From: Felis catus
Lineage: Eukaryota
DNA length: 48,844 nucleotides
Direction of reading: 5' to 3'
NCBI RefSeq assembly: GCF_018350175.1
Contig: NC_058382.1
Coordinates: 61,940,001-61,988,844 of the forward strand
In this document: positions 13,440 through 24,200 of the stretch, one piece after another
Position numbering within the stretch: position 1 is the stretch's first letter
How the letters are laid out: every line of letters starts with the position of its first letter
The notes under the pieces: generated by a model
What the model was told of the DNA's origin: nothing
Database searches by the model: none
The model's input: only the letters and a program-made list of their open reading frames with translations
Made by a program: the position numbers and the translations under genes

Positions 13440-14398
13440 GCTATAACAAGAGATGAAGACGGATGCTATCTCATACTAAAGGGGACAATGAAACAAGAAT
13501 ATCCAATGATTGTAAATTTTGATGCACCCAACATGCGATCACCAAGTATATAAAATATTTAACAACAACCATAAAGGAACTCATTTTTTATAATATAATG
13601 ATAGTAGAGGACTTTAACACATCGCTCACATGAAAGGACAGAAGCTGTAAACAGAAAATCAACAAGGAAACAATGGCTTTGAATGACACACTGGACCAGA
13701 TGGGTTTAACAGATATATTTAGAACACTCCATACTAAAATGGCAGAGTACATATTCTTTTCAAGCGCACATGGGACATTCTCCAGAATTGATCATATTCT
13801 AGGTCACATATCAGAAGAAGAACAGCAGAAGGAAGGAAGTAATAGAGATTCAGACAGAAATAAGGGATAGTCAAACCAAAAAGACACTAGACAAAATCAA
13901 TGAAACCAGGGGCTGGTTCTTTGAAAACAGAAATCAACATGAAAACTTCTAGGCAGACTTTTCAGTAAGAAGAGAGAAAGGACTCCAATAAATAAAATCA
14001 CAAATAAGAAAGGAGAAATAACAGTCCACACCACAAAAATACAGTTAGAAGTTAATATTATGAACAACTATATGCAACAAATTGGACACTCTGAGAAAAA
14101 TGGACAAATTCCTAGAAACACACAAACTACCAAAACTGAAACAGGAAGATACGTATATTCTGAAAACAGAAAGAAATCAAATCAGTAATAAAAAAAAATC
14201 TCCCCCCAACACAAGAGTTCTGGGCCAGATGGTTTAACTGATGAATTCTACCACCCATTTAAGAAAGAGGTAATATGTATTCTCTTCAAATTATTACGAA
14301 AAATAAAAAAGAAGGACAACTTATAAATTCATCTTATGAGGCCATCATTACCCTGATACCAAAACGAGATGAAGCTTCCACTAAAACCGAAAAATGGC

Positions 14399-14625
14399 GG
14401 GGTGCCTGTGTGGCTCGGGCTGTTTACTGTCCAACTCTTAATTTCGGATTAGGACATTATCTTGCTGTGCGTGGGTTCGAGCCCCATGTTGGACCCTGCC
14501 ATGACAGTGTGGGCCATGGCCAGGATTCTCTCTCTCCCTGTCTCTCTGCCCCTCCCTCACTTTTATGTACTCTATCTAGGGAAAGAAATAAGCATTTAAA
14601 AATATGTTTAAAAAATTTTTAAATA
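14399..14625 (+). mobile_element. CAN-SINE, diverged (copy A)
   Basis: 'ggggtgcctgtgtggctcgg...gggttcgagcccc...ggattctctctctccctgtctctctgcccctccc'. Confidence 0.9.
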
Positions 14626-15838
14626 ACACTGCAGCCCAATCGCCTGATGGCTATGTATGCCGAAATTCTTATTAAAATACCTTCAAATTAAAGTCAACAA
14701 TACATTAATAGAATCATTTGCCATAATCAAGTGGGATATATTCCTAGGCTGCAAGGGTGGTTCCACATTCACAGATCAATCAACATGATGCACCACAGTA
14801 ATAGAAGAAAGGATAAGAACAATACGATGCTTTCAACAGATGCAGAAAAACTATTTGACAAAATGTCACATCCATTCATGATAAAACCCCTCAGCAAAGT
14901 ACATTGAGACTCAACCTACCTGCACATAATAAAGGTCATCTAGGAAAAACCCACAGCTCATCTCATCCTCAATGGGGAAAAATTGAAAAATTTTCCTCCA
15001 AGGTCAGGGACAAAACAGGAATGACCCGTCTCACCACTGTTTTTCCACATAGTATGGCAAACCCTAACCACAGCACTCAGACAACAAAAAGAAATAAGAG
15101 GCATCCAAATCGGCAAGGAAGAAGTAGCACTTTCACTATTTGGAACTGACATGATGTGTTCTATAAAAAACATGAAAGGTTCCCTTAAAAATTGCTAGAA
15201 TTGATATATGAATTCCACAAGTCACAATATACAGAAATCAAGCTACATAGATGTATGGCATTTCTAACACAAATCATGAATTAACACAGAGAGAAAGTAA
15301 GGGATCAATCCCATTGACAGGCTCACAAATACCACAAGAAACCAGGAATAAACCTAACCAAAGAATTGAAAGACGTGTACTCTAAAGTCTATGAAACACT
15401 GATGAAAGAAATGGAAGAGGACACAAAGAAATGGAATACATTTCATGTTCATGGATGGGAAGCACAAAATACTGTTAAAATGTCTACACTTCTCAAAACA
15501 ATCTACACATATAATGAAATCCCTATCACACTAACAAAAACATTTGTGACAGAACAAGAACAAATCATCTCAAAATTTGTATGGAATGACAAAAGTCCCC
15601 AAACAGCCAAAACAAACTTGAAGAAGAAAAGCAAAGCTGGAGACATCACAATTCCAGACTTCAGGTAATATTACAAAGCTGTACTGATCAGAACAGCATG
15701 GTACTGACAAAACAACAACAAAAAAACACAGAGGCATAGATCAATAGAATAGAAACGCAGAAATGAACTCACACCTATATGGTCAATTAATTCTCAACAA
15801 AGCAGGAAAGAACATCCAATGGAAAAAAAGATAGTCTT

Positions 15839-16001
15839 GGGACACAGGGGTGGCTCAGTCAACAAAGCGTGTGATTGTTAATTCAGCTCAAGTTATGATC
15901 TCAGGGCAGTGCAGAGCATGCGTGGGATTCTCTGTCTCCATTTCTCTCTGCCCCTCTTCTGCATGCTCTCTCTCAAAAATAAGTAAATAAACTTTAAAAA
16001 A
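15839..16001 (+). mobile_element. CAN-SINE, internally deleted (copy A)
   Basis: 'gggacacaggggtggctcagtc...ggattctctgtctcc...ctctctctcaaaaataagtaaataaactttaaaaa'. Confidence 0.85.
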
Positions 16002-18216
16002 GGCTCCTCAATATATGGTTTTGGGAAAACTGGACAGCATCCTGCAAAACAAAACAAAAACAACAATGGACCACTTTCTTACAACATACACAAAAATAAA
16101 TCCAACATGGACAAAGACCTATATGTGAAACCGGAAACCATAAAAATCCCAGAGGATAACACGGGTAGTATCTTATTTGACATTGCCTGTGCAAATGTCT
16201 TTATAGATATATCTCTAGAGGTAAGGGAAACACAAGCAAAAATAATGAGACTTCATAAAAATTAAAACCTTCCGTCACCTAGGAAATAATCAACAAAACT
16301 AAAACACCTACAGAATGATATTTGCAAACGACATCAGATAAAGGGTTAGTGCCCAAAATATATACAGTTATACAGCACCCAAACAATGAGAAATCTGATT
16401 AAAAATGGGCAGAAGTCACGAATGGACATTTCCCGAAGGAAGACATATACCTGGCCAAGAGACACATGAAAAAATACTCAACAATACAGATCTTCAGGGA
16501 AATACAATTCGAAAGTACAATGAGATAACAAAGCACATCTGTCACAATGACGAAAATCAATGAAGGCTGAAACAGCAGGTGTTGCCAAGGAAGTGGGGAA
16601 AGAATAACCCTCTTGCACTGTGGGTAAGAACGCAAACTGGTGCAGCCAGTCTGGAAAACATTATGGAGATTTCTCAAAAAAAAAAAAAAAACTGGAAATA
16701 GAAGTACCTTACGATCCAGCAATTTCACTACAAGGTATTTCCACAAAGAATACAAAATCTTCAAAGGGATACATGCACCATGATGTTTACACCAGCATTT
16801 TCTACAACAGCCAAATTACAGAAACTATCCAAGCATCCATCAACTGATGAATAAATTGAGATGTAGTCTATGGAATGTAATATTATTAGGCCGTAAAAAC
16901 ATGAAATCTTGTCATTTGCCATGAGCTGGATGGAGCGAGAGAATGTTATCCTGGGTGAAATAAGCCTTTCCGACAAAGACAAATGCCCAATGATTTCATT
17001 AACACATGGAAATAAAACAAAACAAAGCGGGGGGTGGGCAGTGACAAACAGACTCTAACTGGGAAACAAACTGAGGGCTTCCAGAACAAGGTGGGGAATG
17101 GGTGAAACAGCTGCTGGGGATTAATAAGTGCACCTGGGATGAGCACCAGATGACGTGTGGAAGGGTTGCTCTATATTTTACACCTGAAACTAATACTACA
17201 CTGTATCTTCACTCACTGCAATTTAAATTAAAGATAACGTACGTTAATGACAGGTATCTACCAGGTTTTCTGTAATTTGCAATCACTTAATTAGGTTGGA
17301 AAAATAACCATGAAACTTTTTAAAAAGCATGTATGATGTGGGGGACAGTTTGTGCCCTTACCTTGGTCTCTGGTTCTAGCAGGACTCGGAAAGTGGGTCC
17401 CAGCTCATTCTTCTAGGAGTTGCCAAGACGAGCATTTCATGTATTCATGTCCTAACGGAATGCAGCTCCTGTTCTTCTGAATTTCTGTCGGGGTTTCTTC
17501 CCGGAAACAAGCCTGAATCTGGAACAAACCATCGACTGCATCGATGAGGTGATGTCGTGGGACTCCGCAATCCACAAGACCTTTAGTAAAATATGTCTTG
17601 TTCAAATACTGTCCAGGAAGGGGAGGAATGAAACATGGGAACAGCCCAGAAAATGCAAGGGTCTGTGCATCTCAGCAACTAGCTTGCCCAGGGAAGCCAC
17701 CCAGCGCCCATTCCTCAGCACTCAGTACAATAAGACAAATTCTCTCTGGCGACTCAGGAGATGCCAAGTTGCTACAAAGCTCCCAAGATCTCCCCTGGGG
17801 CGGGCGGCACAACCTGCTGGAAATGCAGCTCTGCTCTCTGTACTCAGGCAGCGGCAGAGGCCCTGAGTACTCTGGGAGCAATCAAAGCCCTTCCTGCTCT
17901 CAGGTGCCCTGGGTCAGAAAAGCCGATGGTGCGCCTTCTGCTGGCCATCACTGCCTGGGCAGAGGAACCCGCCTCTCCGGGTCTGTGGTGCTCGAGCTCT
18001 CTCTGTTGGCCATCATGGGAATTTTTGCAATGTGCAAGGCCCTGGTCGCTCAGCTGAGACACTGAAGGTGCCTGGGCAACTAAACCTGTTGTCCACATTG
18101 GGAAAGGTTTTAATGACAGGGCCTGGGATACAAAGAAATCTTTTCCTCCTCCTTTCTTGTGACTGAAGAAAGAAACCGAATTTATTAACGTAATGACATC
18201 ATTTGTAATGGTTTAA

Positions 18217-21200
18217 TGCCACTGCACCCTCCAGTGAAGCCAGTGTCCGCGGAACTGCACCCTCCCGGGAACCCAGTGCCCAGGGCACTATAGCATCCAG
18301 TGAACAAAGTGCCTGCGGCACCGCAGCCTACCATGAACACAGTGCCCACGGCTCTGCAGCCTCCAGTGAAGCCAGTGCCTGCCTTACGGCATTCCCCATT
18401 GAACCTTTGGTCCGCAGCACTGCAGCCGCCAGTAAAGCCATTGCCCACAGCATTGCGGCCACAAGTGAAACCCGTGCCCACAGGACTGAAGCCTCCAGTT
18501 ATCCCAGTGATCCGTGCACTGGAGTCTGCAGGGAACCCAGTACCCACAGCACTGCACCCTGCAGTGAACCCAGTTCCGACTGCACTGCAGGTTCCAAGGA
18601 TCCCAGTGCCCATGGCACTTCAGCCTCCAGTGAACAAAGTGGCTGGGGCAATGCACCCTCCAGTGAAATCAGTGCCCGTGGCACTGCAGCCTGCAGTGAA
18701 CCCAGGGCCTCTGGGTCTCTACCCTCCAGTAAAGCCAGTGTCCCTGACACTGCACCCTGCAGTGAACCCAGTGCCCACGGCACTATTCCACCCCGGGGAA
18801 AAAGTGCCTGCGACACTGCAGCCTGCTGTGAACCCAGTGCCCGCGGCTCTGCAGCCTCCATTGATGCCAGTGCACGCCGTACTGCACTCTGCAGTGAACC
18901 TTGGGTCTGCGGCACTTGAGCCACGAGTAAAGCCAGTGCCCGCGGCATTGCAGCCTCCAGTGAAACACGTGCCAACTGCACTGCAGCCTCCAGTTATCAA
19001 AGTGATCCGTGCACTACAGTCTGCATTGAACCCAGTGCCTACAGCACTGCACCCTGCAGTGAACCCAATTCTGACTGCACTGCAGGTTCCAGGGATCCCA
19101 GTGCATATGGCACTACAGCCTCCAGTGAACAAAGTGTCCGCGGCACAGCATCCTGCAGTGAACCCAGTGGCACAGCACTGCAGCCTGCAGTGAACCCAGT
19201 GCCTGCGTGTCTCTACACTCCAGTGAAGCCAGTGTCCTTGGCACTGCACGCTCCAATGAAGCCAGGGCCCGCGGAACTTTACCTTCCAGTGAACCAAGGA
19301 TCCCCGCCAATGCAGGCTCCAGTGAAGCTTGTGCCCGCGACACTGCACCCTCCTGTGAACCAAGTGTCTGCGCCACTGCACCTTCCAGTGAACCCAGTGA
19401 CCGCTGCAGTGGAGCCTCCAGTGAAGCCAGTGCCTGTGGCACTGCAGGCACCACTGAAACCAGTTCGTGCAGCACTGCAGACTGCAGTGAACGCAGTGCC
19501 CGCGGCACTGCAGCCTCCAGTGAACCCAGTGCCCAGGGCACTAGACCATCCAGTGAACCATGTGCCCATGTAACTGCAGACTGCTATGAACCCAGTGCTT
19601 GCAGCTCTGCAATCTCCATTGAAGCCAGTGCCTGCTGTACTGCACTCTCGAGTGAACACAGGGTCGCGGCACTGCAGCCCCCAGTAAAGCCAGTGCCCGC
19701 GGCATTGCAGCCCCCAGTGAAACACGTGCCAACTGCACTGCAGCCTCCAGTTGTCAAAGTGATCCATGCACTGCAGTCTGCAGTGAACCCAGTGCCCACA
19801 TCACTGCACACTGCAGTGAACCAAGTTCTGACTGCACTGCAGGTTCCAGGGATCCCAGTGCATATGGCACTGCAGCCTCCAGTGAACAAAGTGTCCACGG
19901 CACTGCACCCTCCAAAGAACCCAGTGCACACGCCACGGCACCCTGCAGTGAACCCAGTGGCACAGCACTGCAGCCTGCAGTGCACTCAGTGCCTGCGGGT
20001 CTCTACACTCCAGTGAAGCCAGTGTCCTTGGCACTGCACGCTCCAGTGAAGCCAGTGCCCACGGAACTGCACCTTCCCGTGAACCAAGGGTCCCCGCCAA
20101 TGCAGGCTCAATTGAAGCCAGTGCCCGCGGCACTGCACCTTACTGTGAACCAAGTGTCTATGCCACTGCACCTTCCAGTGAACCAAGTTCCCGCTGCACT
20201 GGAGCCTCCAGTGAACCCAGTGACCGCTGTAGTGGAGCGTCCAGTGAAGCCAGTGCCCGCAGCACTGCAGGCACCACTGAAAACAGTTCCCGTGGCACTG
20301 CAGCCTGCAGTGAACTCAGTTCCCACGGCACTGCAGCCTCCAGTGAACCCAGTGGCCAGGGCACTAGAACATCCTGTGAACAAAGTGCCCGCGCAACTGC
20401 AGCCTGCTATGAACCCGGTGCCCGCGGCTCTGCAACCTCTATTGAATCCAGTGCCTGCCGTACTGCACTCTCGAGTGAACCTAGGGTGCACGGCACTGCA
20501 GCCCCCAGTAAAGTCAGTGGCACGGCATTGCAGCATCCAGGGAAACCCCTGCCCACTGAACTGGAGCCTCCAGTTATCCCAGTGATCCGTTCACTGCAGT
20601 CTGCAGTGAACCCAGTGCCCACAGCACTGCACCCTGCAATGAACCCAGTTCCGAGTGCCCTACAGGTTCCAGGGATCCCAGTGCGCATGGCACTGCAGCC
20701 TCCAGTGAGCAAATGCCCACGGCAATGCACCCTCCAGGGAACCCATTGACCGCGACACTGCAGCCTGCAGTGAACCCAGGGCCTGCGGGTCTCTACCCTC
20801 CAGTGAAGCCAGTGAGCCGGGCACTGCACCCTCCAGTGAAGCCAGTGCCCACGGCACTACACCATCCCGTGAAAAAAGTGCCTGCGACACTGCAGCCTGC
20901 TATGAATCCAGTGCCCGCGGCTCTGCAGACTCCAATGAAGCCAGTGCCCGCCGTACTGCACTCTCCATTGAACCTTGGGTCCTCGGCACTGCAGCCGCCA
21001 TTAAAGCCAGTGCCGGCGGCATTGTGGCCTCAAGTGAAACCCGTGCCCACAGCACTGCAGCCTCCAGATTTCCCAGTGAACCGTGCAATGACGTCTGCAG
21101 TGAACCCAGTGCCCACAGCACTGCACCCTGCAGTGAACCTAGTTCCGACTGCACTGCAGGTTCCAACTATCCCAGTGCCCATGGCACTTCAGCCTCCAGT

Positions 21201-24200
21201 GAACAAAGTGCCTGGGGCAATGCACCCTCCAGTGAACCCAGTGCCCGCGGCACTGCAGCCTGCAGTGAACCCAGGGCCTGCGGGATTCTACCCTCCAGTG
21301 AAGCCAGTGTCCCTGCCACTGCACCCTCCGGTGAACACACTGCCCATGGCACTACACCATCCAGTGAACAAAGTGCCCGCAGCACTGCACCATGCAGCGA
21401 ACCCAATTCCCGCTTCTATGCAGCCTGCAGTGAACACAGTGCCTGCAGCACTGCAGCCTCCTGTGAACCCAGATCCCACGGCACTGGAGCCTCCAGTAAA
21501 CACAGTTCCTGCAGCACTGCACCCGCCAGTGAATGCAGTGCATGCCGCACCGTAGCCTACTCGGTACCCAGTGCGCGCGGCACTGAACCATGCAGTGAAA
21601 CCAGTTGCAGCTTGTATGCAGACTCCAGTGAACACATGGCTCGTAGCACTGCAGCCTCCAGTGAACCCAGATCTGGCGGCAATGCCCACTCAAGGGAACC
21701 CAATACCTGTGACACTGCCCCCTCCAGTGAACACAGTGTCCGTGGCACTGCACCCTCCAGTGAAGCCAGTGTCCATGGCTCTGCACCCTCCAGGGAACCC
21801 AGGGCCCAGGGCACTACAGCATCCAGTGAACAAAGTGCATGGGTCACTGCAACCTGCTATGAACCCAGTGCCCACGGCTCTGCAGCCTCCAGTGAATCCA
21901 GTGCATGCTGTACTGCATTCTTCATTGAACCTTCGGTCCGCAGCACTGCAGCCACCAGTAAAGCCATTGCCCACGGCATTGTGGCCACAAGTGAAACCCG
22001 TGCCCACAGCACTGCAGCCTCCAGTTATCCCAGTGATCCGTGCACTGGAGTCTGCAGTGAACCCAGTGCCCACAGCACTGCACCCTGCAGTGAACCCAGT
22101 TCTGACTACACTGCAGGTTCCAAGGATCCCAGTGCCCATGGAACTTCAACCTCCAGTGAACAAAGTGCCTGGGGCAATGCACCCTCCAGTGAACCTAGTG
22201 CCCGCGGCACTGCAGCCTGCAGGGAACCCAGTGGCACATCACTGCAGCCTGCAGTGCACCCAGTCCTGCGGGTCTCTACAATCGAGTGAAGCCAGTGTCC
22301 TTTGCACTGCACACTCCAGTGAAGCCAGGGACCGCGGAACTGCACCTTCTAGTGAACCAAGGGTCCCTGCCAATGCAGGCTCATATGAAGCCTGTGCCCG
22401 CGGCACTGCATCCCCCTGTGAACCACGTGTACGTGCCACTGCACCTTCCAGGGAAGCCAGTCCCCGCTGCACTGGAGCCTCCAGTGAAACCAGTACCCGT
22501 GGCACTGCAGGCACCACTGAAACCAGTTCCCACAGCACTGCACCCTGCAGTGAACCCAGTACCCGCGGCACTGTAGCCTCCAGTGAACCCAGTGCCCAGG
22601 GCACTAGACCATCCAGTGAACAACCTGCCCGCGCAACTGCAGCCTGCTATGAACCCAGTGCCCACTGTACTGCACTCTCGAGTGAACCTAGGGTGTGCGG
22701 CACGCAGCCCCCAGTAAAGCCAGTGCCCCCGGGATTGCAGCATCCAGGGAAATCCCTGCCCACTGAACTGGAGCCTCCAGTTATCCCAGTGATCCGTTCA
22801 CTGCAGTCTACAGTGAACCCAGTACCCACAGCACTGCACCCTGTAGGGAATCCAGTTCCGGCTGCACTGCAGGTTCCAGGGATCCCAGGGCACATGGCAC
22901 TGCAGCCTCCTTTGAACAAAGTGCCCCTGGCAATGCACCCTCCAATGAACCCATTGACCGGGGCACTGCAGCCTGAAGTGAACCCAGGGCCTGCGGGTCT
23001 CTACACTCCAATGAAGCCAGTGAGCCTGGCACTGCACACTCCAGTGAAGCCAGTGCCCATGGCACTACACCATCCTGTGAACAAAGTGCCTGCGACACTG
23101 CAGCCTGCTATGAATCCAGTGCCCGTGGCTCTGCAGCCTCCATTGAAGTCAGTGCCAGCCGTAATGCACTCACCATTGAACCTTGGGTCCTAGGCACTGC
23201 AGCCGCCATTAAAGCCAGTGTCCGCGGCATTGCGGCCTCAAATGAAATCCGTGCCCACATCACTGCAGCCTCCAGTTTTCCCAGTGAACCGCGCAATGAA
23301 GTCTGCAGTGAACCCAGTGCCCTTGGCACTGCACCCTGCAGTGAACCTAGTTCCGACTGCACTGCAGGTTCCAACTATCCCAGTGCCCATGGCACATCAG
23401 CGTCCAGTGAACAAACTGCCTAGGGCAATGCACCCTCCAGTGAACCCAGTGCACGCGGCACTGCAGCCTGCAGTGAACCCAGGGCCTCCGGGTCTCTACT
23501 CTCCAGTAAAGCCAGTGTCCCTGGCACTGCACCCTCCAGTGAACCCAGTGCCCACGGCACTACACCACCCCGGGAACAAAGTGCCTGCGACACTGAAGCC
23601 TGCTATGAACCCAGTGCCCTCGGCTCTGCAGCCTCCATTGATGGCAGTGCACACCGTACTGCATTGTGCAGTGAACCTTGGGTCCGCGACAGTGGAGCCG
23701 CAAGTAAACCAGTGCCCGCGCATTGCAACCTCCAGTGAAACACGTGCCAACTGCACTGCAGCCTCCAGTGATCCCAGTGATCCGTGAACTACAGTCTGCA
23801 GTGAACCCAGTGCCCACAGCACTGCACACTGCAGTGAACCCAGTTCCTACTGCACTGCAGGTTCCAAGGATCCCAGTGCCCATGGCATTTCAGCCTCCAG
23901 TGAACAAAGTGCCTGGGGCAATGCACCCTCCATTGAACCCAGTGCCCACGGCACTGCACCCTCCAGTGAAGCCAGTGTCCGCGGAACTGCACCCTTCAGG
24001 GAACCCATTGCCCAGGGCACTAGAGCATCCAGTGAACAAAGTGCCGCAGCACTGCACCATGCAGTGAATCCAGTTCCTGCTTCTATGCAGCCTGCAGTGA
24101 ACACAGTGCCCGCAGCACTGCAGCCTCCAGGGAAACCCAGAACCCACGGCACTGGAGCCTCCAGTGAACTCACTTCCCGCAGCACTGCACCTGCCAGTGA

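Larger units (their letters stand above)
12341..17237 (+). mobile_element. Older carnivore LINE-1, ORF1 end through ORF2 and 3'UTR, with nested insertions (copy A)
   Basis: ORF2 start 'MALNIYLLIITLNVHGLNAPI', endonuclease motif 'FFSSAHGTFSRIDHILGH' and 'KKSKAGDITIPDF'. 3' end 'acacctgaaactaatactacactgtat'. Internal deletion near 13810. Confidence 0.92.
8321..18216 (+). repeat. Segmental direct repeat, copy A (9,896 bp)
   Basis: Begins ccatcatggagtt and ends gacatcatttgtaatggtttaa. Colinear with 30488-40669. Paired identical ORFs include 14904-15149 = 37340-37585 and 17405-17605 = 39858-40058. Confidence 0.98.

Noticed and set aside
4482..17237. L1 ORF1/ORF2 fragments as active retrotransposon genes
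   Set aside because: All are short, frameshifted, stop-riddled, internally deleted and interrupted by SINEs.
17598..18065. 155-aa ORF conserved at 40051-40518 as evidence of a gene
   Set aside because: Conservation is expected from ~98% identity between the duplicates. It has a non-ATG start and no recognisable domain.
18495..18990. 495-bp higher-order period being related to the ~483-bp FA-SAT monomer
   Set aside because: No visible sequence similarity. 495 is simply 15 x 33, so the closeness is treated as coincidence.
21571..23193. 540-aa ORF and other long array ORFs as real CDS
   Set aside because: Openness follows from a 33-bp unit lacking stops in five frames. ORFs overlap on both strands and switch repeat register at indels.
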